Notes: generated by a model not told the origin, from the letters alone. A DNA stretch of 64,000 nucleotides from an uncultured Victivallales bacterium (GCA_964635275.1 CAZWPN010000005.1:643-64642), one strand, 5' to 3'; numbered from the stretch's first letter, positions 21,081-34,746 are shown. Translations and numbers: made by a program.

Positions 21081-21199
21081 ACGATCCCCCTTGCTTTTTG
21101 TATGCAGAACACCCTCTGTGCTCAGATCATATCCGAATGCACCGGATTGTCAACACCGCTGCAAATACAGCTGCAAACGACCATGGGGCGACCGAAGCA

Positions 21200-22888
21200 T
21201 CAGCCCGGGGGGGCGTGTGGCCCGCTTCTGCGGGGTGCCTTGTAGTGAAGAAGGACAAAACCATCCTGTTTCGACTTGTACGATGGCGGGGGGAACTCAT
21301 CGCGGCGCAGGTCGTACCACTTAGCGTGCACAAAGACAACCAGATCCGTCGTTCGCATCGGCTCGGAAAGCTCCCGTTGGAGGTCCTCCATCCGGGTCAG
21401 GCGGTGGCTATCGTCAGGATACTCCAGCCCGTAATGCATTTCTCCACCGTGGTTAATGATGTGAATGTCGATTCTCCCCGTGGTCCATGCGATGGCTGGT
21501 GCGATGTAGCTTGAGGTGTAGATCGTGCCCGCCGACATGAGGATAGCGTGATGGGCGCTGAGCGTTCCCTCCGGAGTCCTTGCAGAAGCCCAGCGTGCTG
21601 GCAGTACGCATTGAACGGATAGCAGGACTGGAATCATGGAAGCGGCAAACCATCTTATGGCACGCCCAGACTCCTGCATGAAGGCCGAGCGAATGGCGAG
21701 TGCTCCGGCCACAGCCAGAAAGAGAACCACCATAAGCAGGGATCCGATTTCGCGGTGTGCAAATACACGTAATTCAGGCCGGAGCGCAGTTTGAAGCAAG
21801 AGAATGCCGAGGAGGGCGGCTGTCAACAGGATGGCCCATGCAATGCAGGCTCCGCGGATCCATCGACTTCGTTGCCCCTGCGAAACCAAGCGGCCGACAC
21901 CTGCGGCTATCAAGATGCTGAGGGGCGCCATACACGGTAGAACGTAGGTGCCGAGTTTACCGCGGGAGCACGATAACAGGAGCAGTGGGAACGCGAGCCA
22001 GCACAGGGCGTAGCGCAGGAGTGGTGTAAGCGGACGGGATGCGTAGAGTCCGCGAATAGCGGCTGGAATGAGGAGCGTCCACGGCAGGATGCCTCCGACC
22101 AGAAAGGGTAGCAGCCACCAGAATGGTTCCGGGTGATGCGACCGGCGCGCGGCGCTGAAGAATCGCTCCAGATGTTCCTCCCACATGAAGTATCGCCAGA
22201 AGTCCTGTTCGCGAAAATGTATGAGTATCGCCCAGGGCAATACAACCGCGGTTGCCGTGGCGAGAGGTACCCATGGCAGCGTAAACAAAGAGCGCCTGTC
22301 CCTTTGCCAAAGCAGAAAGGGTGCTATAGCCACAGCCGGCAGGGCCAGACCAAGTATCCCCTTGGTGAGGAAAGCAAGTGCGGCCAGAACGCCGGATGCC
22401 GCCAGCCAAGCCAGTTGCCTGGCATGCGACTCGCGCCAGGCGCAATAGAAGCAGACGCAGACGCCAGTGACCAAGGCCGAGAAAAGACTGTCGATGAGAA
22501 TGTAGGTGCCAATTGCATAGACAAACCCATTGATCAGGAACGCGGCTGGCGCTATCCAACTGGCAAGGGAACTCTCTCGTTCGCGGCGGAGGAGGTGGAC
22601 GAGCGCGAAGGCGGCCAGTCCGGCAGCCAGCGCAGAAGGCAGGCGCGCGGCAAACCGGTTCTCGCCAAAGAAGAGGAACGTACACGCGGTGGCCCAATAT
22701 CCGGCTGGCGGTTTCTCAAAGTAGCGCACTCCGACGAGGCGCGGAACAATCCAGTCGCCGGATGTGAGCATTTCCCTGGGAATCTCTGCATAACGTGTCT
22801 CGTCGGGTGTTATCATGGGGCGGAGGCCAAGAGGCAGGATGTAGACACCCAGAAAGACGGCGAAAGCGAGTAGTATGTGGCTCTTCAT
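21200..22888 (-). CDS. arnT: Undecaprenyl-phosphate-alpha-L-Ara4N:lipid A transferase (GT83/GT39 ArnT family)
   Basis: Polytopic protein with the ArnT/PMT N-terminal motif 'PDETRYAEIPREMLTSGDWIVPRL...YFEKPP'. It is the last gene of the arn cluster. Confidence 0.75.
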   Translation of the reverse strand: MKSHILLAFAVFLGVYILPLGLRPMITPDETRYAEIPREMLTSGDWIVPRLVGVRYFEKPPAGYWATACTFLFFGENRFAARLPSALAAGLAAFALVHLLRRERESSLASWIAPAAFLINGFVYAIGTYILIDSLFSALVTGVCVCFYCAWRESHARQLAWLAASGVLAALAFLTKGILGLALPAVAIAPFLLWQRDRRSLFTLPWVPLATATAVVLPWAILIHFREQDFWRYFMWEEHLERFFSAARRSHHPEPFWWLLPFLVGGILPWTLLIPAAIRGLYASRPLTPLLRYALCWLAFPLLLLSCSRGKLGTYVLPCMAPLSILIAAGVGRLVSQGQRSRWIRGACIAWAILLTAALLGILLLQTALRPELRVFAHREIGSLLMVVLFLAVAGALAIRSAFMQESGRAIRWFAASMIPVLLSVQCVLPARWASARTPEGTLSAHHAILMSAGTIYTSSYIAPAIAWTTGRIDIHIINHGGEMHYGLEYPDDSHRLTRMEDLQRELSEPMRTTDLVVFVHAKWYDLRRDEFPPPSYKSKQDGFVLLHYKAPRRSGPHAPPG

Positions 22889-23796
22889 TTAGGCCCCTTC
22901 ATCGACTCCGTGACCTCATGCTGCGTGGCGACCCAACCTTCGCGGCCATTGACATGGCCTTGCCGTATTACTCCGGGCTGCGGATTGGTATTGCCATCCA
23001 GGATTTGGCGGAGAGGAGAGAACGAGCATCCGCGGCGGCGGGCGCCGTCCAGAAATGAGTCGAACATAGGAGCCTTGGCACCGCCCTCTACTTCGGCGTG
23101 AATCGTCAGGACGTTCAGTCCATCCGGGGTGATCCTTGAAAGCATGTATTCGTTGTAGTTCTGTTCGGACATGCCGTTTAGCCCGATGACTTCGTCATAT
23201 GTAGGCAACGTTGTTGGGATTTGCGGCTGGCGAAGTGCCTGCCCGTTGACATGAGGGCGGAAGATGCTGCGGCCCCGGCAATCACTGTTGTATCGGAAGG
23301 GAAACGTGTCCTTGGCCAGCAGGCTGTCGTTGTTGGCGCGCCAGCCTGGGGCGGCGCTGCACGATGGGGGGAATCCGAGGATCTGCGTGAAGAGCCGCGT
23401 GGCCCTGTCAAGGTCCAAGGACACTCGTCGGGTGTTCATATTGGCGATATGCGTCTGCCATGCATGGTGGTCCCATGCGTGGAGCCCGACTTCGTGGCCC
23501 TCGGCGGCTGCGAGACGGATGGCATCGCCAGCGGCCCGGCCGATGACGGGGCCCGGCCAGAAAGTTCCGCGAAGAAGGATGTCCCATCCGTACAGCTTGG
23601 ATGCGCGGCTGCGAAGCATCTTGAATAGAAATGCGGGCCTGAGTAAGCGCCATAGGTGGCGGCCCATGTTGTCCGGTCCTACCGAAACAAAAAACGTCGC
23701 CTGCACGCCCCTGCGTCCCAAGGACGCGCACAAGGCTGGTATTCCCATCCGCGTTCCGCGCAGCGTATCGACGTCAATTCGAAGCCCCACTATCAT
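22885..23796 (-). CDS. arnD: 4-deoxy-4-formamido-L-arabinose-phosphoundecaprenol deformylase-like polysaccharide deacetylase
   Basis: NodB/polysaccharide deacetylase fold ('[14 protein letters not shown]', '[10 protein letters not shown]'). It lies between arnA and arnT. Confidence 0.7.
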   Translation of the reverse strand: MIVGLRIDVDTLRGTRMGIPALCASLGRRGVQATFFVSVGPDNMGRHLWRLLRPAFLFKMLRSRASKLYGWDILLRGTFWPGPVIGRAAGDAIRLAAAEGHEVGLHAWDHHAWQTHIANMNTRRVSLDLDRATRLFTQILGFPPSCSAAPGWRANNDSLLAKDTFPFRYNSDCRGRSIFRPHVNGQALRQPQIPTTLPTYDEVIGLNGMSEQNYNEYMLSRITPDGLNVLTIHAEVEGGAKAPMFDSFLDGARRRGCSFSPLRQILDGNTNPQPGVIRQGHVNGREGWVATQHEVTESMKGPK

Positions 23797-25793
23797 GACG
23801 CGTATTCGCCGGTCCGTACGGCTTCTCGCAGGAAGAAATCGAGCGTGTGCTCGACCGATTCGCGCATTCCCACCTTGGGTTCCCACCCAACATATCGCCG
23901 CGCGTTACGGATGCTTGGTTTGCGGTTTTGGACGTCCTGATAGCCGGCGCCGTAGTAGGTCCCGCTCTCGATGTCACGGTAGCCGGCGAAGGGCGGGAAC
24001 TGTCGGCGCAGGGGATGCCGGTCGAACGCTTCGACGAGCATTTCCGCCAGTTCCCTGATACTGGCCTCGTTATCCGGATTGCCGATGTTTATGATCTTAC
24101 CGTCGCACGCCCCCCCGGTATTCTCAATGATCCGGAACAGGCATTCGGCGCCGTCCGATACGTCTGTAAAGCAGCGCTTCTGCTGGCCGCCGTCCACCAA
24201 CTGTATCGGCGTGCCCTCGACAAGATTGAGAATCAGCTGGGTAATGGCCCGCGAACTGCCGACCCTGGCGGACGTTAGTGTGTCCAGCTTTGGTCCGACC
24301 CAGTTGAACGGGCGGAATAGCGTGAATTGGAGGCCTTCCTTCTGACCGTAGGCCCAGATGACGCGATCCAGGAGCTGCTTGCTGCACGAGTAGATCCACC
24401 GCTGCATCCGGATCGGGCCCAGCACGAGTTTGGATCGGTCTTCGTCGAATTCGGATTCCTCGCACATTCCGTAGACCTCGGACGTGGATGGGAAAACGAT
24501 GCGTTTCTTGTACTTGACGCAGTAGCGGACAATGCGGAGGTTTTCCTCGAAATCGAGTTCGAAAACTCGGAGCGGGTTGCGTGTGTACTCGATTGGCGTG
24601 GCGATGGCCACCAGGGGCAGTACTATGTCGCACTTGCGGACATGGTACTCAATCCATTCACGGTGGATGGCGATATCGCCCTCGTCGAAATGAAACCCCT
24701 TGCGATCGAGAAGGTGCTCGACATGGGTGGAGCGGAGGTCCATGCCATGAACCTCGTAGCGTCCGCTTTCGAGCAACCGCTCGCTCAGGGCATTACCAAT
24801 GAACCCGTTGACTCCGAGTATGAGAACGGTCTTCCGGCGCGTGCTCTGGGCGCGGAGGCTGGCCTGGGGACCGAAAACGATGCCTGGAACAAGGTGAAGA
24901 TCCCTGGCGAGCTGCGAGCCAGAGACGTAAACCCCGTTTTCCGGCTGGGCGGCGAGGATGCGGATTGCGCCGTCGCCGCAGGCAATATCGAGTGGGTTGG
25001 TGGAGAGCACGGCGCCTGGCTTGGCGGTCTTCCTGTGGGGAGGCACTGTGATGGCATCCGCCTTCCAGAAGAAGATCTTCCGGTCGCCTGTGTAACTGAA
25101 GGCGCCGGGGTAGGGGCGCGCTACGGCTCGAACAAGATTCCGTACCGCTTGTGCGGACTGCGACCATGGTATATCCCCGTCCGAAGGCTTACGGCCTCCG
25201 AAGTAGGTGGCCTGCGATGCGTCCTGCGGTCGGCGTGGCGCGGTTCCAGCCAGCAGCGTCGGCAGAATCTCGTCAAGGAGGATCTGTGTGGCGGCCGCTG
25301 TCTTTTCAAAAAGCGTCCGCGCCGTATCATCGTTGCCGATCGCGATGCGATGCTGCGCCACGATGTCGCCGTCGTCTGCCCGCGGCGTCATATAGTGCAG
25401 CGTGATGCCGGTCTCCGTTTCTCCTTTTACGAGCACCCAGTTTATCGGACAGCGGCCGCGGTACCTGGGCAACAGCGATCCATGCAGGTTGAGGCAACCT
25501 GCGTGTGGGATATCGAGTATGGCTTGGCTAACCAGGCGACGATAGTAGAACGAGAAAACGATATCCGGTGCCAGTGAACGGATGCGGGCAACCCACATGG
25601 GGTGGTTGATGTCAACTGGGGCGAAAACCGGGATGCCCCGGGACGCGGCCGACTCGGCAACGGACCGGTACATGGCGCTTTCGTGTGGTTCGTCGGCGTG
25701 GGTAAAAACAGCGGCTATGTCAAAACCGGAACGCAGGAGCGCCTCGATGCCCTCCACACCGATATCGGTATACGCCAATACGACTGCCTTCAT
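23793..25793 (-). CDS. arnA: Bifunctional UDP-glucuronic acid decarboxylase / UDP-Ara4N formyltransferase
   Basis: An N-terminal formyltransferase ('[30 protein letters not shown]') and a C-terminal SDR decarboxylase ('[54 protein letters not shown]'). The latter stretch is near-identical to E. coli ArnA as recalled. The start was set at 'MKAVVLAY'. Confidence 0.9.
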   Translation of the reverse strand: MKAVVLAYTDIGVEGIEALLRSGFDIAAVFTHADEPHESAMYRSVAESAASRGIPVFAPVDINHPMWVARIRSLAPDIVFSFYYRRLVSQAILDIPHAGCLNLHGSLLPRYRGRCPINWVLVKGETETGITLHYMTPRADDGDIVAQHRIAIGNDDTARTLFEKTAAATQILLDEILPTLLAGTAPRRPQDASQATYFGGRKPSDGDIPWSQSAQAVRNLVRAVARPYPGAFSYTGDRKIFFWKADAITVPPHRKTAKPGAVLSTNPLDIACGDGAIRILAAQPENGVYVSGSQLARDLHLVPGIVFGPQASLRAQSTRRKTVLILGVNGFIGNALSERLLESGRYEVHGMDLRSTHVEHLLDRKGFHFDEGDIAIHREWIEYHVRKCDIVLPLVAIATPIEYTRNPLRVFELDFEENLRIVRYCVKYKKRIVFPSTSEVYGMCEESEFDEDRSKLVLGPIRMQRWIYSCSKQLLDRVIWAYGQKEGLQFTLFRPFNWVGPKLDTLTSARVGSSRAITQLILNLVEGTPIQLVDGGQQKRCFTDVSDGAECLFRIIENTGGACDGKIINIGNPDNEASIRELAEMLVEAFDRHPLRRQFPPFAGYRDIESGTYYGAGYQDVQNRKPSIRNARRYVGWEPKVGMRESVEHTLDFFLREAVRTGEYAS

Positions 25794-26773
25794 GATGTCT
25801 GCTCCGTTGTTGTGCGTGAAGGTGGTAGGGCGCTGAGCCCTGAGACTTGTTGGACATAGTAGCGCGGACGGGCGCGCACATCGTTGTATATCCGGCCGAT
25901 ATACTCCCCGAGTAAACCCATGCCGACGAACTGGGCACCTACGAAAAAGAACAGAATGGCGAAAAGCGAGAAGACCCCCTGGCCGGACCACTCTGCCCCC
26001 TTGATGATACGCAGGATCGCAAGCAGGACGCCGAATCCCATGCCTGCCATGGAAATCAGCATGCCAACCGTGCTGAGCATCCTTAGTGGCGAGGTGGTCA
26101 TGCTCGTCAGTAGGTCGAACTGCAGGTTTATCAGTTTCCAGAGACTGTACTTTGAATCGCCGCGGGACCGGCGCTCGTGGGCGACCTCAATCTCCGTCGT
26201 TCGCCGGGCGAAGCTATTGGCGAGGATCGGCACGAAAGTGCTGCGCTCGTGACACTGGAGCATGGCCTGAATGATGTGTCGGCGGTAGGCGCGCAGCATG
26301 CATCCGTAGTCGTGCATCAGGACACCTGTTGCCTTCTGAGCGGCTTTGTTTACGATGAAAGAGGCGAACCGGCGGAAGAGTGTATCTTGGCGGGGAGTAC
26401 GGACCGTTCCTACCACGTCGTAGCCTTCAAGCAGTTTTCTAACCAGTCGAGGAATCTCCTCCGGCGGGTTCTGAAGGTCGGCGTCGAGCGTTACGATTAC
26501 ATCGCCCCTGGCATGGGCGAACCCGGCCATGATGGCCGCATGTTGGCCGTAGTTGCGGTTCAGAAGGATTCCGATAAGAGATCCGGCGTGGGCCAGGGCG
26601 GCGGCTTCGATGGCCGCAGCGGAACCGTCGCGGCTCCCGTCATCCACAAGAATGACCTCAAACGGGTCGCCGATGGAACGACATGCAGCCGTGCAACGCT
26701 CCACGAGGGCTGGAAGACTTGCGACCTCGTTAAACACTGGAATCACAACAGATATGGATGTGCCGGTCTTCAT
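25790..26773 (-). CDS. arnC: Undecaprenyl-phosphate 4-deoxy-4-formamido-L-arabinose transferase (GT2)
   Basis: 'SVVIPVFNE', '[17 protein letters not shown]', '[16 protein letters not shown]' and '[22 protein letters not shown]' are all very close to E. coli ArnC. A 4-bp overlap couples it to arnA. Confidence 0.9.
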   Translation of the reverse strand: MKTGTSISVVIPVFNEVASLPALVERCTAACRSIGDPFEVILVDDGSRDGSAAAIEAAALAHAGSLIGILLNRNYGQHAAIMAGFAHARGDVIVTLDADLQNPPEEIPRLVRKLLEGYDVVGTVRTPRQDTLFRRFASFIVNKAAQKATGVLMHDYGCMLRAYRRHIIQAMLQCHERSTFVPILANSFARRTTEIEVAHERRSRGDSKYSLWKLINLQFDLLTSMTTSPLRMLSTVGMLISMAGMGFGVLLAILRIIKGAEWSGQGVFSLFAILFFFVGAQFVGMGLLGEYIGRIYNDVRARPRYYVQQVSGLSALPPSRTTTEQTS

Positions 26774-27939
26774 GGGTGTTTACGGCGTGCGCTCGCGAGG
26801 ACATCCTTGATGGCGGACGCTACGTCGTCCACGTCATTTTGAGTCATATCTGGAAATAACGGCAGCGAGCAGATGCGGTCCGAGTTCCACTCGGTGTCGG
26901 GGAGCAGGCCCCGCCGGCATCCCATCGACTCCTTGTAAAACTTCTGGAGGTGGATGGCCTTGAAGTGGAGGCCGGTTCCGATGTTGCGATTCTTCATCTC
27001 TTGCATGAACGTATCCCTGTCCATCCTAGCCCGATCGGTGTCGAGTCGCACGATGAAGAGATGCCATGCGTGAGTGACGGGGTAGGCCGGATCGGCCAAT
27101 GGGATGATTTCGGGGATTTCGGACAGTTGTTCCCGGTAGTACTGCGCGAGTGCGGCGCGTTGGCGGTTCATTGCGTCCAGCCGACTGAGTTGGGAGATGC
27201 CTAGAGCGGCGGCGATGTCTGGAAGGTTGTATTTGTAACCGGGCTCGAGAACTTCAGCCTGCGGCGAGCGGCCGTGCGTCTGCCGGTCGAATGCGTCTAC
27301 GCCGAGACCATGGAACTTGAGGCGGCGGACCCGATCAGCCAGTGTGCTGTCGTTGGTGCAGAACATCCCGCCTTCACCGGTGGTGATATTCTTGATCGGA
27401 TGGAACGAGAACAGACATGTGCCAGTCAGTCCGACGCGCTCACCGCGGCAGGCCGTTCCGGCAGCATGGGCTGCGTCCTCGGCCAGAAAAACGCCGTGTC
27501 GCAGGCAAAGTGAGCGGATCGGTTGCATGTCGACAGCCGCGCCGGCGAAGTGGACGGGGATCACGAGTTTCGTGCGTGGGCTGATGAGCGGCGCAATACG
27601 GTCGGCCGACGTCATCAACGTGTGGCGGTCCACATCAACGAATACCGGTTTTGCGCCGGCGAGCGTGATGAGGTTGGCGGTGGAGACCCAAGTCATGGAC
27701 GGTGTGATGACCTCGTCGCCGGCTTGGATGTCGAGAGCCTTGATCAGTACATGCATCCCGGCGGTGGCGGATGTAAGCGCAACGGCGGATGGGCATCCCA
27801 CATAGGCAGCGAACCGCTTTTCAAACTCGGCGGCGCACGGACCGGTGGTGATCCAGCCGGATCGCAGGACGGTGACGACCGCTGCGATGTCAGCGTCGGT
27901 TATGGACGGACGGGAAAACGGCAGGAACTCTTCACGCAT
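26770..27939 (-). CDS. arnB: UDP-4-amino-4-deoxy-L-arabinose--oxoglutarate aminotransferase (DegT/DnrJ/EryC1 family)
   Basis: '[11 protein letters not shown]...SGWITTGP' and the PLP-lysine region '[15 protein letters not shown]'. The start is uncertain (M at 27939 or 27969). Confidence 0.88.
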   Translation of the reverse strand: MREEFLPFSRPSITDADIAAVVTVLRSGWITTGPCAAEFEKRFAAYVGCPSAVALTSATAGMHVLIKALDIQAGDEVITPSMTWVSTANLITLAGAKPVFVDVDRHTLMTSADRIAPLISPRTKLVIPVHFAGAAVDMQPIRSLCLRHGVFLAEDAAHAAGTACRGERVGLTGTCLFSFHPIKNITTGEGGMFCTNDSTLADRVRRLKFHGLGVDAFDRQTHGRSPQAEVLEPGYKYNLPDIAAALGISQLSRLDAMNRQRAALAQYYREQLSEIPEIIPLADPAYPVTHAWHLFIVRLDTDRARMDRDTFMQEMKNRNIGTGLHFKAIHLQKFYKESMGCRRGLLPDTEWNSDRICSLPLFPDMTQNDVDDVASAIKDVLASARRKHP

Positions 27940-28144
27940 GGCAGGGCCGTTCTGTGTGCTGCTTTGCATGGACGGAAGATTGCCAGAGGAATGGCGTATG
28001 GTCAAACGTCTTGTCACAGCTTTTTAAGGCTTGCCAACGCAGGTGTTTCTGGCGTATTTTCCACCGCTTGCATGTGTATGACACGACTGCTCCGTCTGGG
28101 GGCGGAGGGGATCGGTCGTGCTGTGGGTACAACCAGGAAATGTT

Positions 28145-29944
28145 ATGGACCAGATAGAACAGACCGAACAGAAGAAGACCGTGGTGAGTGAGATGACCGT
28201 GTTCAGCGGCGCATCTCCGGAAATGACAAAACTTTACGAAGACGCTCTCAAAGACTTCAAAGAGGGCTCGATCATCCAGGGGAAGATTTTGGAAGTGCGT
28301 CCCTCGGAAGTCCTTGTGGACATAGGCTATAAGTCCGAAGGGATCATCAGCGGCCACGACTTCGGGGATCTCTCCGCCGTTAAGGTCGGCGACGTTGTTG
28401 AAGTGCTCCTCGTAGCAATCGAGGATGACGATGGCATGGTGGTTCTCAGCAAGCAGCAGGCGGACCAGCAGTTACAGTGGCAGCGTGTGCTTTCCTCCCA
28501 TAAGGAAGGCAGCGTGGTCGAAGGCATTGTGCGGTCGCGCGTGCGCGGCGGATTGATCGTGGACGTAAACGGCGTGGACGCGTTCCTGCCGGGATCTCAG
28601 ATCGACATCATTCCGGTGCACAACACGGATGCGATGGTCGGCGGCAAGTTCGAGTTCAAGGTTATCAAGATCAGCACGGAGCGGCGGAACATCATTGTGT
28701 CGCGGCGCGAGTTGATGGAGGATCGACTCCGCAGCAAGAAACGCGATCTGATGGATACTATTCAGGTCGGGCAGCGTCGTCGCGGCAAGGCCAAGAACAT
28801 CACCGACTTCGGGGTCTTCATTGACTTGGATGGGCTGGACGGACTGCTGCACATCACCGACATGAGTTGGGGGCGGATCAAGCATCCGACCGAGATGGTG
28901 CAGGTGGGCCAGGAGATCGAAGTTGTTATTCTGGAAGTGGACAAGGAGCGTGAACGTGTATCGCTGGGCCTGAAACAGATCCAGCAGAATCCCTGGGACG
29001 ATGTTGGTGGTAAGTTCCCGATCGGCAGCCGGCTGCGCGGCAAGGTGGTCAATCTGGTTCCGTACGGAGCGTTCGTCGAACTGGAGAAGGGCGTCGAAGG
29101 GCTTGTCCATGTGTCTGAGATGTCGTGGACGAGGCGTGTGGCCAGGGCGTCGGACATGCTCAATGTGGGCGACGAAGTCGGCGTGGTCGTGCTCAGCATC
29201 AACAAGGAAGAGCAGAAGATCGCATTGGGGATGCGTCAGACCGAGGAGAATCCGTGGGACACCGTGGTGGATCGCTATCCGGTTGGAACGCGCGTTTCCG
29301 GCAAGGTCCGCAACTTCACCTCGTATGGCGCCTTTGTGGAGCTTGAGGACGGGATTGACGGGATGATCCATGTGTCCGACATGTCGTGGACACGTAAGAT
29401 CAACCATCCGTCAGAAATGATGCAGAAGGGGCAGGAGGTCGAGGCGATTGTGCTGGAAGTGGATCCGCAGAATAACCGGATCAGTCTGGGCATGAAACAG
29501 GCTTCGGACGATCCGTGGAACACGATAGTGGCGCGCTTCAAGGTGGGACAACTGGTGAGCGGCAAGGTGAGCAAGGTCGCCTCGTTCGGTGCATTCATCG
29601 AAATCGAAGAAGGCATTGACGGCCTAGTTCACATCTCTCAGATCAGTGACGACCATGTGGAACGTGTGAAGGATAAGTTGCAGGTTGGCATGGATGTCAC
29701 GGCGCGCATTCTGCGGATTGATCGCGCGGAACGCCGGATCGGACTCAGCATCAAGGCGGCCTCGATGGCGGATGAGGAGTTTGAGAAACAGAAGGAAGAG
29801 ATTCTCGAAGGACTCAAGCCTGGCGAGCACATGGTGGACTTGGCCGGCGCTTTTGACGAGGCGCTGGGGCAGGCTGGAATGCTCGGCGAGGAATGGCGTC
29901 CTGGCGATAAGAAGGCCGAGGCGAAGCCGGAATCGGATGGGTGA
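28145..29944 (+). CDS. rpsA: 30S ribosomal protein S1
   Basis: Six consecutive S1 domains (a repeated 'G..V.G.V..I...GAFV.L..G..GL.H.S' pattern), ~600 aa. Confidence 0.92.
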   Translation: MDQIEQTEQKKTVVSEMTVFSGASPEMTKLYEDALKDFKEGSIIQGKILEVRPSEVLVDIGYKSEGIISGHDFGDLSAVKVGDVVEVLLVAIEDDDGMVVLSKQQADQQLQWQRVLSSHKEGSVVEGIVRSRVRGGLIVDVNGVDAFLPGSQIDIIPVHNTDAMVGGKFEFKVIKISTERRNIIVSRRELMEDRLRSKKRDLMDTIQVGQRRRGKAKNITDFGVFIDLDGLDGLLHITDMSWGRIKHPTEMVQVGQEIEVVILEVDKERERVSLGLKQIQQNPWDDVGGKFPIGSRLRGKVVNLVPYGAFVELEKGVEGLVHVSEMSWTRRVARASDMLNVGDEVGVVVLSINKEEQKIALGMRQTEENPWDTVVDRYPVGTRVSGKVRNFTSYGAFVELEDGIDGMIHVSDMSWTRKINHPSEMMQKGQEVEAIVLEVDPQNNRISLGMKQASDDPWNTIVARFKVGQLVSGKVSKVASFGAFIEIEEGIDGLVHISQISDDHVERVKDKLQVGMDVTARILRIDRAERRIGLSIKAASMADEEFEKQKEEILEGLKPGEHMVDLAGAFDEALGQAGMLGEEWRPGDKKAEAKPESDG

Positions 29945-30019
29945 TTGTGTTAGGCGATTGATGAGTATGAGCAGGCGCCCCGGTCGTCCGGGGCGCCTGC
30001 GTTTCTATAGGGTGGTGCC

Positions 30020-31306
30020 ATGCGGAACGTGGTTGATATTCTGAAGGAGCGTGGCCTTCTGGATGACATGACCAGTCCGGACCTGATCCGTGTGCTGGAT
30101 GCCTCCACCTCCGTCTACGCTGGCTTCGACCCTTCGGCGTCCAGTCTCCAAATCGGGAACTTTGTAACGATCATGGCGCTGGCGCACTTCCAGCGCTGCG
30201 GGCACCGGGTCATCGCACTGGTGGGCGGCGCCACAGGGATGATCGGCGACCCATCGGGAAAGACAACGTCGCGGACCATGTTGACGGCGGAGCAGATCGA
30301 GGCGAATTCGGCTGGAGTGAAAGAGAACCTGTCGCGTTTCCTCGATTTTGACGACTCACGGGCACCTGCCCTTATGGTCAATAATCACGACTGGTTCAAG
30401 CACTTTACCGTGGTGGACTTTCTGCGTGATGTGGGGGTGCATTTTCGCCTGGGCACCATGCTGGGCAAGGAGTCGGTCAAGACGCGCCTGAACAGCGAGT
30501 CGGGTCTGAGTTTTACTGAGTTCAGCTACCAGTTGCTTCAGGGATACGATTTCCTGAAACTTTACGACACGCACCACTGCCGCTTGCAGATTGGCGGCTC
30601 TGACCAGTGGGGCAACATCACGGCCGGTACTGACCTGGTGCGGAAGCTGCGCGGCTCTGAGTGCTACGGATTGACTTTCCCATTGGTCTGCGACAGCACT
30701 GGGAAGAAATTTGGCAAGAGCGAAGGCAATGCGGTCTACCTGGATGACCGGCTGACATCTTACTTTGACTTCTACCAGTTCTTTCTCCGTGTGGAGGACG
30801 CCGACGTGATTCGCTTTCTGAAGATCTTCACGTTTGTGCCAATTGAGGAGATCGCCGAACTGGAACGGGACAGCCTGTCGGCGCCTGAGAAACGAAATGC
30901 ACAGCGTCGGTTGGCTGATGAGTTGACTCGAGCGGTACACGGTGCGCACGGACTGGCCGTGGCCCAGCGGGCGAGTTCGGTTCTTTTCGGCGAAAGTATG
31001 GATGGCCTGAATGCGGATGACATTCTGGATATCTTTGCCCATGTGCCTTCCTCGCAGTTGTCTCCATCCGATGTAGTGGGGGCGTCCGCAGTGGATGTGG
31101 CCGTTCGCTCCGGCATGTGCAAGAGCAGAGGCGAGGCACGGCGGCTTGTGGATGGTGGCGGTTTGTATGTGAATAACCGCCGGGTGGATGGGGGCCAGAC
31201 CCTGGTGAATGAACGGGATGCGGTGGACGGACGTCTATTGGTGCTTCGCGCGGGGAAACGTAGTTTCCATCTTGTGAGGCTTGATGGTGAACGGACGCCG
31301 ATGTGA
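30020..31306 (+). CDS. tyrS: Tyrosine--tRNA ligase
   Basis: Class I 'HIGN' ('SLQIGNF') and 'KFGKS' (KMSKS-type) motifs, plus a C-terminal S4-like domain. Confidence 0.9.
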   Translation: MRNVVDILKERGLLDDMTSPDLIRVLDASTSVYAGFDPSASSLQIGNFVTIMALAHFQRCGHRVIALVGGATGMIGDPSGKTTSRTMLTAEQIEANSAGVKENLSRFLDFDDSRAPALMVNNHDWFKHFTVVDFLRDVGVHFRLGTMLGKESVKTRLNSESGLSFTEFSYQLLQGYDFLKLYDTHHCRLQIGGSDQWGNITAGTDLVRKLRGSECYGLTFPLVCDSTGKKFGKSEGNAVYLDDRLTSYFDFYQFFLRVEDADVIRFLKIFTFVPIEEIAELERDSLSAPEKRNAQRRLADELTRAVHGAHGLAVAQRASSVLFGESMDGLNADDILDIFAHVPSSQLSPSDVVGASAVDVAVRSGMCKSRGEARRLVDGGGLYVNNRRVDGGQTLVNERDAVDGRLLVLRAGKRSFHLVRLDGERTPM

Positions 31307-31358
31307 TTGTTCGCATAACTCGAGTGGACAGGCGTTTACAGCCGCAGGACGACAGACC

Positions 31359-32903
<1,545 letters not shown>

Positions 32904-34649
32904 TCAGATCCGGTCCGGTGCCTCGATGCCCAGGAGGTCGAGTCCTTTGCCCAGGACACGGGCTACAAGTCCGCAGAGCCTGACGCGGCTTTCCCGAATG
33001 CCGTCAGGCGCCTTCAGAAACGGCACGTTTTGGTAGAATGTACTGTAGAGTTGCGCCAGGTCGTAGAGATAGTCTGCAATGAAATTCGGCCGATAGTTCT
33101 GCGTTGCGCTCAGCACAACATCGGGGAAACGGATCACCTGCGCCGCCAGCGCGCGCTCGACCGGTTCGGTGAACCTTATCGGGAACTGCTTGAGTTCCAC
33201 GCCTGGATAGCGCTCCGAGTGCTTGTCGTGCACGCTGGCAATCCTGGCATGGGCGTACTGAAGGTACGGCCCGGAATTGCCGTCCAGCGCCAGCGCCTTG
33301 TCCCATGAGAAGACAACAGCAGTCTGAGGGGCCTGGCTGAGGTCCGCATACTTTACTGCGCCGATTCCGACGGCTCGGGCTATTTCACGCTGTCGTTCTG
33401 CAGGCATCTCCGGGCTGGATTCCTGAATGATGCGCAGTGCCCGCGTCTCGGCCTCATCAAGAAGACGTTCAAGTTTAATCACGTTTCCCTGCCGCGTTGA
33501 AAAGGTGCCCTCCGGCAGGCGCATCAGTCCGAACCAGACATGGTCGAGTTTGACTGTCTGGCCGAGTCGCCTGGATATGGTGAAGAACTGGCGAAAATGA
33601 AGCTGCTGGCGCTCGTCAGTGACGTAAACGATCTTGTCCGGTGCGAATTCCTCGACGCGGCTCAGTACGGTGGCGATGTCAGTAGTCGCGTAGTTGAAGG
33701 CGCCGTCGGTCTTCCGCACGATGCACAGTGGGAGCTTGTCCTCATCCAGCTGGACCACGGTGGCGCCTTCGCTGATGGAGGAAAGCCCATGGCTCTCTAG
33801 TGCTGCCAGAACGCCCGGCAGTCGGTCGTTGTAGTAGCTCTCGCCGCGGACAAGATCGAAGGAAACGCCCAGCCGTCTGTAAATGCCTTCGAATTCGACC
33901 ATGCTCATGTCCACGAACTGCTTCCACAACGCGCGGTTGGACGGGTCTCCAGCCTGCAGTTTTACGAGTTCCTGCCGGCATGCTGTCATCCACGCTTCAT
34001 CCGTCTTTGTTTGTGTGTAGCTCTGGACGTAGATGCGCTCCAATTCGGCGATCGGGTCTGCTTTCAAGGCCGCAGGGTCGGCAAATTCGCGGTAGCCCTT
34101 GATGATAATTCCGAACTGGGTGCCCCAGTCACCTAAATGATTGTCGGCGATCACCCGGTAACCTGTGAACCGGTGCAGGCGGTCGAGTGCGTTGCCTATG
34201 ATGGTCGAGCGGATATGCCCGATGTGCATCGGTTTGGCAATGTTGGGGCTGGAGTAGTCCAGCACGACGGTCTGGCCAGCGCCACGCGCCGGAACGCCCA
34301 GAAACGGGTCGGCCTCCATGGCGTAAAGGCGTGAAATCATCCAGTCGCTCTTCATGCGGATATTCAGAAAGCCAGGGCCGGCGATGGAGACGGATTCCAC
34401 CGCGTCGTGTGTAGCTGCCTTGGCCACGACGGCAGTGGCAACATCGCGAGGAGCGCGCTTGAGTGTCTTGCCGGCCGACATTGCATCGTTGCACTGATAA
34501 TCGCCGAACTCGGGATTCGTGGTTGGTGTAACACTCGCTGTCGTGAAATCCATACTGCTGTCGGCAAAGGCATCGTGGAAGGCCGCTCGCACCCACTGGG
34601 AAAGGACTTCCGTTGGCGTTGGCACTGTGCGATCAGATAAAGCGCTCAT
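32904..34649 (-). CDS. argS: Arginine--tRNA ligase
   Basis: Class I 'HIGH' variant 'PNIAKPMHIGHIRSTIIGN', the DALR anticodon-binding C-terminus, ~580 aa. Confidence 0.9.
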   Translation of the reverse strand: MSALSDRTVPTPTEVLSQWVRAAFHDAFADSSMDFTTASVTPTTNPEFGDYQCNDAMSAGKTLKRAPRDVATAVVAKAATHDAVESVSIAGPGFLNIRMKSDWMISRLYAMEADPFLGVPARGAGQTVVLDYSSPNIAKPMHIGHIRSTIIGNALDRLHRFTGYRVIADNHLGDWGTQFGIIIKGYREFADPAALKADPIAELERIYVQSYTQTKTDEAWMTACRQELVKLQAGDPSNRALWKQFVDMSMVEFEGIYRRLGVSFDLVRGESYYNDRLPGVLAALESHGLSSISEGATVVQLDEDKLPLCIVRKTDGAFNYATTDIATVLSRVEEFAPDKIVYVTDERQQLHFRQFFTISRRLGQTVKLDHVWFGLMRLPEGTFSTRQGNVIKLERLLDEAETRALRIIQESSPEMPAERQREIARAVGIGAVKYADLSQAPQTAVVFSWDKALALDGNSGPYLQYAHARIASVHDKHSERYPGVELKQFPIRFTEPVERALAAQVIRFPDVVLSATQNYRPNFIADYLYDLAQLYSTFYQNVPFLKAPDGIRESRVRLCGLVARVLGKGLDLLGIEAPDRI

Positions 34650-34746
34650 GGGGCGGAAGAATAGGGTTCCAATGCGTTGTGCGCAAGCCTTGTATTCGTA
34701 CGAAATGCGAGATACAATCAGACTGTGTTTCAGAGGATGGAGGGTT

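Noticed and set aside
22133-25577. Plus-strand ORFs (246, 264, 416 aa) across the arn operon
   Set aside because: They are antisense to arnT, arnD and arnA, whose protein sequences are unmistakable.
31281-31358. A guaA start at 31281 overlapping tyrS
   Set aside because: Conserved GuaA N-termini begin at '[18 protein letters not shown]', so 31359 was chosen as the start. The upstream extension is not conserved.
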